From the IMG/VR virus record IMGVR_UViG_3300021399_000010, positions 1 to 64,000 of that record: a DNA stretch of 64,000 nt; one strand, given 5' to 3'. A program made the position numbers and the translations under genes. Below, in pieces: positions 1-8,866 of the stretch. Position 1 is the stretch's first letter. Each line of letters opens with the position of its first letter. The notes beneath the pieces were generated by a model that was given only the letters and a program-made list of their open reading frames with translations, had not been told where the DNA came from and did no database searches. Origin of the DNA: a virus. Taxonomy: Duplodnaviria > Caudoviricetes.

Positions 1-275
1 AATAATAACCATCATGTATTTTTAGATTTCTAATACTTTCACGTCTGTGTATTTGGCGATTTTTTGTGTTTATAGTCCTTTTAAGTGACTTTATTCTTCC
101 ATTATTACTCACTTCGTACAGACCTTCGTAACCCACAACTGGTCTCCAAATTTCCTGTTCCATAAAAAAATAAAAAGTGCTCCAAGTGTTCGGATGTGGT
201 ACGAGCACATCTTACTAACAAGGAGCAATAAGTCTTAAACATTCGGCATCTCGTACATACCATTGTTTGATTATG

Positions 276-283
276 CAAAGATA
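276..283 (-). promoter_or_regulatory. Bacteroidota-type -7 promoter box (TATCTTTG)
   Basis: Matches TAnnTTTG on the minus strand in an intergenic region. Equivalent boxes at 4487-4494, 7705-7712, 14755-14762, 18396-18403, 27521-27528, 29342-29349, 41821-41828 (minus) and 42806-42813, 59508-59515 (plus). Confidence 0.7.
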
Positions 284-464
284 CGAAGAAAGTTTGGAAC
301 TTCCATATATATATAAGAATATTTAGCAACTTAAAAAATCCGTTCTAAGCGCATTTCTTTTGTTCGGTGGACAACTATCAAGGAAAGCACAATAAAAGCC
401 GTTAGAGAGCAAATAATGCACCAACGGCTTTTTCAAGTTTATATAATTTTATGGCAATTAGGTT

Positions 465-1085
465 TTACAACTGTGATGGTGATGGGATAAACTTATTCTC
501 GCTTGCATCCCAATAATACTTCGCGCCACAATGTGGACATACAGCGCCAAGACCTTCGGTTACTTGAAACTCTCTATTGCATGATGTACAAAGAGCATTG
601 AACTTGGGATATATTTGGATAAAATGCTTCTCAAAGTCCGACCCTCCGTCAAGTCCGAACTGGTCGGTAAGCAACTTGATGAGGCTAATCACATCCTTGG
701 TTGATGCGGAGTCCAAGTCGGAGATTCGGTTCTGCAAGAGGTTCTGCAAGATTTGCGCAATCTGTCCACCTGTGAAATGGTAGTTTTCAAGATTGAGGGC
801 TTTGCTTTGAATCTCTGCGGTGTATAGGTCGTCAAGTTCTTGTCTTAGTTTTACGATGGTTTGTTGTTGGATGAGGGCATCACACTCTTGTTTCTTGCTT
901 TGCAAGTATTCCTTTTCGTCCTCAGTTCCGAGGACTTTCTTGTATCCGACATTGTCATAAGCAAGAGCATAGCTTACATATTGGTTCTCTCCAAGAACAA
1001 GGTTCAAGCAAAACAAATACTCCTCAATCGAGAATGTCACACCTCGACTGAAAAGTGTTGTGGTTGTATCGGTGAAATTAAGCAT
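465..1085 (-). CDS. Terminase small subunit-like protein with C-terminal zinc ribbon
   Basis: N-terminal EEYLF..N..SYALAY HTH-like pattern, KDVISLIKLL..QFG motif typical of TerS C-terminal helices, then CxxC..CPHC. Confidence 0.5.
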   Translation of the reverse strand: MLNFTDTTTTLFSRGVTFSIEEYLFCLNLVLGENQYVSYALAYDNVGYKKVLGTEDEKEYLQSKKQECDALIQQQTIVKLRQELDDLYTAEIQSKALNLENYHFTGGQIAQILQNLLQNRISDLDSASTKDVISLIKLLTDQFGLDGGSDFEKHFIQIYPKFNALCTSCNREFQVTEGLGAVCPHCGAKYYWDASENKFIPSPSQL

Positions 1086-1090
1086 GGTTG

Positions 1091-1594
1091 TCAGAGATTT
1101 TTACGTCGTGCATATTCTGCAATTAATAATCCGTCAAAGTCAGTGTGCTTAAAGTCTGCAAGTTGTGGGAATAGACGTTTGCCAATATCCTTACTTGCTT
1201 TCTTTTGCTCGTCAGAACCTTTGATACCTTTTGGCAGCAGAACTTTTTGCCAATCCTTGCTGTCAACATAGCAATAAGGGAAGCCGAAGTGTTCAATAAG
1301 GGTTAGTTCCGCCTCAAAGCAACGCAATGCAGATGTCGTAGCCTTAAACCTTGTCGGATTAACCATTGGACGTTCCATCACTACCATCGTGTTTAATGGG
1401 TCAAAATTCTTTAGAATATCTGCTAAGCCATTAGCGTCAAGACGTGTGATATTATCCTTTTTCTTACAGTAATTTTGTTCTTTCTTTACAGGTGTGTGGT
1501 AAATCTTAGGCTCTATCCCTTCACCAACGATTCCAATAGTCCCAGTAACCCCGTTATCTATTCCCAAATATATACGCTTGTTCATAATAATCAA
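1091..1594 (-). CDS. RuvC-like Holliday junction resolvase
   Basis: YLGIDNG, VVMERP and C-terminal DGLLIAEY acidic catalytic motifs. Confidence 0.85.
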   Translation of the reverse strand: MIIMNKRIYLGIDNGVTGTIGIVGEGIEPKIYHTPVKKEQNYCKKKDNITRLDANGLADILKNFDPLNTMVVMERPMVNPTRFKATTSALRCFEAELTLIEHFGFPYCYVDSKDWQKVLLPKGIKGSDEQKKASKDIGKRLFPQLADFKHTDFDGLLIAEYARRKNL

Positions 1595-1598
1595 AAAA

Positions 1599-1802
1599 TT
1601 AATCTGTTATTTCTATTTTATAATTTAGTAGTGCGTCATATACACTTTTAGTAATCTTTCCTTCGTTAAAATATTTTTGAGCAACATCTTTTATGTGTGC
1701 CTCCTTTGTTTGTTTATATGCGCCAAAGGCTTCCTCTGAAGTTTTGAAAGTTCCTATGTGTACACGTTTACCATTTTTACAAACAGTCGCCTCGTAAATC
1801 AT
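1599..1802 (-). CDS. Stand-alone AP2-like DNA-binding domain (probable HNH-AP2 remnant)
   Basis: KRVHIGTFKTSEEAFGAY is the AP2 signature normally C-terminal to an HNH domain. Confidence 0.65.
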   Translation of the reverse strand: MIYEATVCKNGKRVHIGTFKTSEEAFGAYKQTKEAHIKDVAQKYFNEGKITKSVYDALLNYKIEITD

Positions 1803-1805
1803 ATA

Positions 1806-2303
1806 TTATTTTTCTTTTATCTCGATTTTGATTTTGTTTTTGATACTCTTCGGTATTTGTATTATTATAGTTTCATCTTGCTCCTCATTGTCATATTGGA
1901 GTTTTATTATCCTCTTGATGACACTCCACCGTCTTTTCCACATGGGTTCGTTCTCAATCATGCTACCCATCTTTCCGACTGCTCGTGCAATACCTTGTTC
2001 GGTGTACCTTTTTCCGTAGATACTTGTTTGTTCAGCAACCCTCCTGCAAGACACGTTTGTCATATACTTCACAGCATACCAGAACAACCACCTTGCATGT
2101 GCGGTATGCACCTTGTCGAAATCGGAAAACATTGCATTCTTTTCAACGTTGCATATTCTTGCGACACTTTCAGCAATGTACCCTTGAATATCCTTTTCAT
2201 AATCACCGAGTGCATCAAGGGCATTGAGTAGAGTGTCGTCTATATTCTTGTAGTCACTCTTGATTTGCTCTGTGGTCTTTACAACCCTCTCTTCTTCTTT
2301 CAT
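1806..2303 (-). CDS. DnaA C-terminal-like HTH protein
   Basis: V...AR.LFWY.....TNVSCRRVA pattern resembles the DnaA domain IV HTH. Confidence 0.5.
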   Translation of the reverse strand: MKEEERVVKTTEQIKSDYKNIDDTLLNALDALGDYEKDIQGYIAESVARICNVEKNAMFSDFDKVHTAHARWLFWYAVKYMTNVSCRRVAEQTSIYGKRYTEQGIARAVGKMGSMIENEPMWKRRWSVIKRIIKLQYDNEEQDETIIIQIPKSIKNKIKIEIKEK

Positions 2304-2703
2304 TGATGCTGTTTATGATTTTTTGTTTAGACATAGGAAGTCGTTCCACATAAAGGTTGAGCCTCCGTTGTTTCTCCATTCCAAGCACCTCATCCCAAAG
2401 ACCAGTGATTTCATAAACGAAGTGCATGAAGATAAACTCACCCTTGAAAATGACGACATTGTTGTTGATTTGTTTTTTGAGATACACCTCAAACTGTGGT
2501 TTGCTCTCTCGTTCAAAATATGTCTGCATATCTTGGTCGTACTCAAGTATCTTTTGTCGTTTCAACCATAGATATGTTATACCGTCTTGCTTAAAGTATT
2601 GTCCAATGAGATTGGGGATGGTGATGCCGTCGATGGCTATCACCCCACCGTAAACACCACCATCCCTTCTCTCTATATATCCGTTTTTGTAGCTACCTTC
2701 CAT
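2254..2703 (-). CDS. Hypothetical protein
   Basis: 149-aa ORF tightly packed in the minus-strand operon. Confidence 0.6.
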   Translation of the reverse strand: MEGSYKNGYIERRDGGVYGGVIAIDGITIPNLIGQYFKQDGITYLWLKRQKILEYDQDMQTYFERESKPQFEVYLKKQINNNVVIFKGEFIFMHFVYEITGLWDEVLGMEKQRRLNLYVERLPMSKQKIINSINERRREGCKDHRANQE

Positions 2704-3092
2704 TAGGACTCATAAACATCAGTTTCCATCTCTTCCCATCCTCTGCATGCTTTGAGGAGTTCTTTGAGGTGACGACCTTTCTTTGTGTTAGCACCAGTCA
2801 TCGCAAGGTCTTGTCTCACATACTCCTCAAGTTCAGAAAGCATCTCAATGAGTGTGATGTGATTCTCTTTGTACTCATTATTCCAGTCAACATCATCTGT
2901 ATCGATTTCATGGATTGGAGTACCATCATCGTCCTTCTCCCAATACTCATTGTAGCAACTTGTCTCGATTTTCATCGTTTTCTCAAGTGTCACCGAGACT
3001 GTGCATTGAAACTCTTTCGGTTCATTTTCTTTCTCATTCCAAGGTGCTGAAGGATTGTCTGCACCAAGTGGGTAGTTGTAATTGTCGTACAT
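2703..3092 (-). CDS. Hypothetical acidic protein
   Basis: 129-aa ORF abutting its neighbour. Confidence 0.6.
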   Translation of the reverse strand: MYDNYNYPLGADNPSAPWNEKENEPKEFQCTVSVTLEKTMKIETSCYNEYWEKDDDGTPIHEIDTDDVDWNNEYKENHITLIEMLSELEEYVRQDLAMTGANTKKGRHLKELLKACRGWEEMETDVYES

Positions 3093-3122
3093 GGGTTTTA
3101 AATGTTTAAGTTACACGATATG

Positions 3123-4244
3123 TTAATCAATCATCATTGGCATAAGCAGTGAAAGGTATTCATCCCTATTCCCATCATGGAACACACCAGAACGTGTCGG
3201 GTCGGTAAGTTCAATTGTAATGTTGTCAGATTCGCAGCTATTCACGACTTGCATAAGGGAAGAGCCTTTAAATCCTATTTTCATCGGCGAAGCATCATAC
3301 ACACACTCACATGTCTCTTTTGCGCTCTTACTATAGTCCAAGTCCTCTGCGCTGATAGTAACCTTGTTGTTGTCAAAGTTAAGCAACACAAGTTCGCTGT
3401 TTGAATTGCCCATAGGAGCAACACGTTTCAATGCTGAAACAATGTCATTCTTGCTGATTGCGGATGTGATTGGTGCAGCACTGGGAATCACAAAATTGTA
3501 GTTCGGGTATCTTCCAATCGGCAAGATTGCAACCATAGTGACCCACCCACCATCAACCGTGAGGGATTTCCCGTCGGTTGTCAATTTAATATCGCCACCT
3601 TCGCTGTTTAGGATGTTTCTAAGAATATTGGATGCCTTTGTCTGGAGCGTGAAATCGAACTGTTCCGCAACGGTCACTGAACTATCAACGTATTTGGTGA
3701 GTTTTTGTCCATCCGTAGCAACGGTCACCATACCGCTATCAAGGAAATCAAAGTGGACACCATTCAAGAACGGTCTTAATTGGTCGTTTGCAACCGAGAA
3801 CAATACACGGTTGATTGCTCTACAAATATTCTGTGAGGGGATTGTGACCCTTTTCAAGTCAGTGTTGCCGATTAACGGAGATGGATATTCCTGTGCATCA
3901 TTGTATGGGATGCTGAATTTTCCATTCCCGTAGTTGAACACCGCAATCTTCTTGTCTTTATTAAGGGTCATCGTTGCGGTCTCAATGTTGTCGAGATTCT
4001 TGAGTGCTTTCAATAAGTCATTCGCATTTAAGCAGAAATCATAATCCTCGTCAACACTGATTACATTAGCTTCAACAGAAATCCAAATCTCAGAGTCGCT
4101 ACCAGTCATACGCACCTTGTTCTCAAACATGTGCGCCTCAAACTTGATTTCATCCAATATCTGGATGCTGTTCTTGCTGTTCACCACGGACGATGCAAAT
4201 GAAAGCTTGTCCGTGTAGTCTTTTACATTGAACTTAATTTCCAT
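3123..4244 (-). CDS. dnaN: DNA polymerase III beta sliding clamp
   Basis: D..RP.LNGV, VATDGQKL, GRYPNY, IGFKG..L and C-terminal LLMPM motifs. Start moved to MEIKF because the longer ORF overlaps a tRNA. Confidence 0.93.
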   Translation of the reverse strand: MEIKFNVKDYTDKLSFASSVVNSKNSIQILDEIKFEAHMFENKVRMTGSDSEIWISVEANVISVDEDYDFCLNANDLLKALKNLDNIETATMTLNKDKKIAVFNYGNGKFSIPYNDAQEYPSPLIGNTDLKRVTIPSQNICRAINRVLFSVANDQLRPFLNGVHFDFLDSGMVTVATDGQKLTKYVDSSVTVAEQFDFTLQTKASNILRNILNSEGGDIKLTTDGKSLTVDGGWVTMVAILPIGRYPNYNFVIPSAAPITSAISKNDIVSALKRVAPMGNSNSELVLLNFDNNKVTISAEDLDYSKSAKETCECVYDASPMKIGFKGSSLMQVVNSCESDNITIELTDPTRSGVFHDGNRDEYLSLLMPMMID

Positions 4245-4283
4245 AAAATATAAACTTGTTTTCGTTAAACGTGTTGTGAAACT

Positions 4284-4357
4284 TGGTAGACCTATCAAGA
4301 TTCGGACTTGAGATACAACTTCCAAAGAGTTGTGTGTTACCACTACACCATAGGTCT
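4284..4357 (-). tRNA. tRNA-Gln (UUG) with encoded CCA
   Basis: Cloverleaf: AGACCTA/TAGGTCT acceptor, CAACT-CTTTGGA-AGTTG anticodon arm, TCAAG-TCCGAAT-CTTGA T arm, ACCA end. Confidence 0.88.
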
Positions 4358-4534
4358 ATTTTGTGTGTGTCATACTTCTCACAAGCCCCGCACACACTGC
4401 GTTATCATTTATAATCCCATGAAAAACACATTAATCAACTCTAATGATAAAAAAACATAAACTTACCTTGAACATATCTTGCGGTGCAAATATACAAACT
4501 AATTTTGAGTACACAAAATAATCTTAGAGATTTT

Positions 4535-6694
4535 TTAGAACGGAACATCATCCATCCCACTCATTGGAGCAAAGGGCATATTTTCATTCTCCTGCGTTTT
4601 TTCTTGCATAGGTGGGTAACTACCCATCTTTTGCATTTCATGCGGTTGTGTGGCATTTAAACCGCCAAATTCGATGTTTCCTTGATATGGTTGCGCTTCC
4701 CAACCATACCTAACATTTTCATCAACCGTGTTTTTGAATCTCCTGCTCTCAATCTCATACTGCATCCCGACCATAAGGTCTACAACACCATACATTCGGT
4801 TCTTTGCGACCTCAAGCACATTGCCGAATCCTTGAAACCTTTGGATGTTGCCACTGCCGAAGAACTCCGCACCTGCACGGAAGAAATCATTGTTCACCCG
4901 ATGAATGATGAAAACATTGTCCACCGCATTGGTGAGGTCACTTGTTCCACTGATGTCATTCTTTCGGAGGAATGCCATTGTCTTTCGTGGGTGGGCAACC
5001 AAGATGATGTGTGACATGTTCTTTTTCGCAAATTCCTTAATCTGCAATATGAGTTCCTTTTGTTTATTGTTCCTATCACCATCAAGCAGGTCGATGTTAA
5101 GCGAGAAGAGATTGTCAAGTACAAACACCTTCACACCTACACTTAGGAGTTCTTTCATGTCATGGAAGATTTGCTCCCATGTATTCCCGTACTCATTGTT
5201 GTAAAGAAAGAACTTTCCGTCCAACCACTGGTCTATCTTTTCAGCAATAAGTGTCGGAACATAATATTTGCCCTCGCTGAACCCAGATGGTTTCATATTG
5301 TCTTTTCCTGCCGCAACCATCTGCAACCAAGTCTTCTGAATATCGGGGCGCAACTCACCAGACCATAATGCAACTTTGTACTTCTGCTGAATGATGTTTA
5401 GGATTAGTGTGTTCAACCATGAGGATTTTCCCGATGAGTTAGAACCAGAAAGCAATGTAACCTCCGACATATTCAACTGAACTATTGAACGGTCGAGTTC
5501 AATGAATCCAGTCTTCACTCCCTCAAGTTGAGACAAGTCCACTTTCTTGATGCTCGACATCGTAAGCCACTTCTCACCAAGTTCAGGCAACTGCTCCTTG
5601 ATTTCGTATTTCGGTTTTGAGTATTGTGGTCTTTGCTGATAGACTGGTTGCCATTGTTGTCTATCATAGGCATTCGGTTCATAATACAGGCGAACATCTT
5701 GCCAAGTTTTCCCATTGCAGTGAGAATGTGTACAATTAAACGTAATCTTCCCCTGCGCATCTACAAACAACGCACTATCCCATTTCTTTCTATCACTATG
5801 TGTGTCTACCCAAGGACACCACTCAAGTTCATACTTTGTGGATGCTCCATGCTTGGACTCACGATACACCACACCATGTTCTTTCAACCACGACACAAGA
5901 TTGAATGGTTGATTTACACTGTACTGTCTTACTTGTGTTGGTTTTGGTTCTTCCCTTGGTAAAAGGTCTGCAATCTTCCTAAAGAGGGAATCATCATTAA
6001 CAAGTCCAAAATCATTCGGGACTTTAGCTATCTCCGAAATCCTCCAAGGTCTATCTTTGCTATCCGCACCTTTCTTTGCCCAAGTTCCGATTAACTTGTC
6101 GATGCGAGCAGGATTGAAAACCTTTTCGTCCAGTTCCACATTGGAGTCCGAGAACATCTTTCCCATTGACTGGAGGAAACGCTTGATGAGTTCATTGTGG
6201 TCTTCATCATTCGGCATGTCACATGCGAGGTATAAGTGCCACCCATTACCACTCTTTGTTATGAGCGGTTCATGGAATCCTTCTTTCAGCAAGTACCTAT
6301 ACACGTCTACTGCTTTCAAGTGTGCTTTCTCAAACTCTTCATCACTTGCACTTATACCTGCTGCACGATTAGGGTCAAGGTCTATCAACACAAACTTACG
6401 CCTGATGATGTCACCATCCGTAGTTGTGGATTTCGGTTTCTTGACAAATACATCCCTTTGCTCTCTACTATACAACGATGGATTGATTTCGTTTAGTGTA
6501 AAGTATGCTTGCATTGAACCGTAGTATTGTGCATTGTTGTTGTCGAGCAAAGGCCGCAATTGTCTTATCAAGGTCTCGACATCGGTAAAGTAACCACTAT
6601 ATGTTGTCTTTCCCAACAGTCGAACCTCAACAAGTGATGAACCCTTGAATAGAGTCCACCACTTGTGTATCTGCTGTTCGTTTATCTCATACAT
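4535..6694 (-). CDS. AEP-type primase fused to SF4 (DnaB-like) helicase
   Basis: LIDLD and SGNGWHLY primase motifs, Walker A GSNSSGKS, VLDNL Walker B, LVAHPRK. Confidence 0.88.
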   Translation of the reverse strand: MYEINEQQIHKWWTLFKGSSLVEVRLLGKTTYSGYFTDVETLIRQLRPLLDNNNAQYYGSMQAYFTLNEINPSLYSREQRDVFVKKPKSTTTDGDIIRRKFVLIDLDPNRAAGISASDEEFEKAHLKAVDVYRYLLKEGFHEPLITKSGNGWHLYLACDMPNDEDHNELIKRFLQSMGKMFSDSNVELDEKVFNPARIDKLIGTWAKKGADSKDRPWRISEIAKVPNDFGLVNDDSLFRKIADLLPREEPKPTQVRQYSVNQPFNLVSWLKEHGVVYRESKHGASTKYELEWCPWVDTHSDRKKWDSALFVDAQGKITFNCTHSHCNGKTWQDVRLYYEPNAYDRQQWQPVYQQRPQYSKPKYEIKEQLPELGEKWLTMSSIKKVDLSQLEGVKTGFIELDRSIVQLNMSEVTLLSGSNSSGKSSWLNTLILNIIQQKYKVALWSGELRPDIQKTWLQMVAAGKDNMKPSGFSEGKYYVPTLIAEKIDQWLDGKFFLYNNEYGNTWEQIFHDMKELLSVGVKVFVLDNLFSLNIDLLDGDRNNKQKELILQIKEFAKKNMSHIILVAHPRKTMAFLRKNDISGTSDLTNAVDNVFIIHRVNNDFFRAGAEFFGSGNIQRFQGFGNVLEVAKNRMYGVVDLMVGMQYEIESRRFKNTVDENVRYGWEAQPYQGNIEFGGLNATQPHEMQKMGSYPPMQEKTQENENMPFAPMSGMDDVPF

Positions 6695-6702
6695 TTATCA
6701 AA

Positions 6703-7560
6703 TTATTTTTTCACCCAAGACTTTTTTGCACCATCCCATGTAACCGTGCCGCGACCGTTGTTTAAAGTTATCGTCGCTCCATCTGGTCTATTGTCGTCGG
6801 TGTATCCGTCTGGGATGAATCCGTTCCAATAACCGACATACATGTAGCACTTGGTTGTCTCATCCCAGTTAATGTCGAATCCAGTTTGTGGCATATATTG
6901 CGAATCCGTCCCATCTTTCGCAGGGTCGAACAAGATACGGTTTCCTTGATAGACGATTGTGAGGAATATTTTGTCACGCAAATACCTTTCAAAATCCTTT
7001 TGGTACTGAAGTTCCCTGCTTGAAACGTATGACTGTATATGTGGTAAGACGCGGTTCTTTTCATCATCCGATAGTTTGCACCAATATTCTTTTGCTTTCT
7101 TCTTACTACCCTTACGTTTGTATGTCAACCAACATTTTTCAAATAATTCGTCATTTTTAGAAAAAGATTTATCTTTTTCATTTTTTTCTCTTATACAATC
7201 TATATTTTGTATATTATCTATATTATGTTGTATTGTGTTTTTCCCGTGTCGGAAATTTCCCGTGTCGGAAGATTTGGCGGCTTTCAATGTGTATTCAACC
7301 GCACCAAACAACCCGTTGTTTTTTTGTTGTTCACCCTTAACCAACCATCCGCTTGCAACAAGTTCATTGATATATTTCCGCAGTGTATCAACACTATACC
7401 CAATATCTTTCGCCATAGGTTCAAGAAAGAAATCCCAATCTTCTGGTTTGCAAGCCATGAATACAAACACGAACCTTGCCCTGTCGGACAGTGTTTTGTC
7501 AAATACAAGTTCACATGGTACATTTTTATAACCATGTAGCTCATTCTTTAAATTCCCCAT
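6703..7560 (-). CDS. HTH replication initiator-like protein
   Basis: N-terminal winged HTH (LSDRARFVF...TLRKYINELVASGWL), directly upstream of the primase-helicase, internal tandem repeats. Confidence 0.7.
   Translation of the reverse strand: MGNLKNELHGYKNVPCELVFDKTLSDRARFVFVFMACKPEDWDFFLEPMAKDIGYSVDTLRKYINELVASGWLVKGEQQKNNGLFGAVEYTLKAAKSSDTGNFRHGKNTIQHNIDNIQNIDCIREKNEKDKSFSKNDELFEKCWLTYKRKGSKKKAKEYWCKLSDDEKNRVLPHIQSYVSSRELQYQKDFERYLRDKIFLTIVYQGNRILFDPAKDGTDSQYMPQTGFDINWDETTKCYMYVGYWNGFIPDGYTDDNRPDGATITLNNGRGTVTWDGAKKSWVKK
7240..7270. repeat. Tandem 15-bp direct repeats (candidate iterons)
   Basis: TTTCCCGTGTCGGAA at 7240-7254 and 7256-7270, next to an AT-rich tract at about 7190-7240. Confidence 0.7.
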
Positions 7561-7741
7561 AATTGTAGCTGTAAAAACAAGGACGACGATACTCTCAGCA
7601 GCTACTCCAATTTCTCGTCATCCTTGAAAAAAATAGTAATTACTTATATTTTAACGCATCTGTGTCTTTGTAGCTGACAACACTTCAACGATTGTTTCTG
7701 AGTGCAAATATACGAAAGATTTTCAATTTAACAAGACGGAA

Positions 7742-8329
7742 TCAATCTTTTTGTTGGTCGATGAGTTTGTAAAACTCGTTCCTTGCTTGTTGGTCTTCTC
7801 TGAACACACCAGACAAGTGCGCAACGGTCATCTTTCCGTTGTTCTTAACTCCTCGCATTGTTTTGCAGAGATGAGTACCCCTCATTACGATTGCCATGCC
7901 CTCTACTTTCCCGCCAAGTGCATCGGTCAACATATTCACGATGTCCCGTGCTAACCTTTCTTGCAACTGGAGTCTTGCTGCGCAGTAATTAACCACTCGT
8001 GCGACTTTTGATATTCCAAGTATACGTCCATCCTTGCGTGGGATATACGCAAAGTAGTATTTCCCGAAGAATGGCATCATGTGGTGTTCGCACATACTGT
8101 AGTAATCTCCAGAATCAAAGACGATGTCTGTTGACTCCATGTCGTTTTCAAATGTTGTTATCTTTGGTTTTTGACTTTCGTCATAACCTCTGAACAACTC
8201 TTTATACATACGCGCAATCCTGTCTGGAGTTCCGATTAGTCCTTCTCTGTCTGGGTCTTCACCAATTGCGGATAACAACATTCTTACCGCACATTCAATA
8301 TCTTTTGCGTTTGAAGTGATAGTTTCCAT
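7742..8329 (-). CDS. folE: GTP cyclohydrolase I
   Basis: GEDPDREGLIGTPDRIARMY, SMCEHH, RLQLQERL, HLCKTMRG. Confidence 0.96.
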   Translation of the reverse strand: METITSNAKDIECAVRMLLSAIGEDPDREGLIGTPDRIARMYKELFRGYDESQKPKITTFENDMESTDIVFDSGDYYSMCEHHMMPFFGKYYFAYIPRKDGRILGISKVARVVNYCAARLQLQERLARDIVNMLTDALGGKVEGMAIVMRGTHLCKTMRGVKNNGKMTVAHLSGVFREDQQARNEFYKLIDQQKD

Positions 8330-8862
8330 TTCGGGTTCTTTTTGATAAATTCAATACATTTGTTCACAATCTCTTTATTTTTCTTGTCATCACCAGTGTC
8401 ACATGGTTGCACATAGTAATGCGACGCCTTTATACCATAGTCAGTCACATCATGCACACCGTCAAATACAACTTTGACCTCTCCTGCATCAGTCACAAGA
8501 GGACGACCGTTTATACCAACGAACTGCCCTTTCGGGCTTACAGTTACCCAATCGACATTCGTCGGACTTTTGACAATTCCGTTTGTCTCAACCGCAACAT
8601 ACCTTCCTATTATGTGCAATTTGTGGACAAGGGATGTCGTTAGTTGCAGTGTAGGTTCTCCTCCAGTTATTACAACCAATTTGGACGGGTATACGGAAAC
8701 CCTGCTTATTATTTCTTCTTCCGTCATATCGACATACTCTTTGAAGTCCGTATCACAGAATGGGCATTTCAAGTTGCAGCCGCTGAATCGGATGAAAACG
8801 GCAGGAGTTCCTGTGTGATACCCCTCGCCTTGAATTGAATAGAAAATCTCGTTTACTTTCAT
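8284..8862 (-). CDS. queE: 7-carboxy-7-deazaguanine synthase (radical SAM)
   Basis: EIFYSIQGEG, GCNLKCPFCDT (CxxxCxxC), TGGEP, ETNG, LSLQTQK. Confidence 0.95.
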   Translation of the reverse strand: MKVNEIFYSIQGEGYHTGTPAVFIRFSGCNLKCPFCDTDFKEYVDMTEEEIISRVSVYPSKLVVITGGEPTLQLTTSLVHKLHIIGRYVAVETNGIVKSPTNVDWVTVSPKGQFVGINGRPLVTDAGEVKVVFDGVHDVTDYGIKASHYYVQPCDTGDDKKNKEIVNKCIEFIKKNPKWKLSLQTQKILNVR

Positions 8863-8866
8863 AGTT

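Noticed and set aside
4245-4343. 33-aa N-terminal extension of dnaN in the ORF track
   Set aside because: It overlaps the tRNA-Gln gene; the clamp fold begins at MEIKF (4244).
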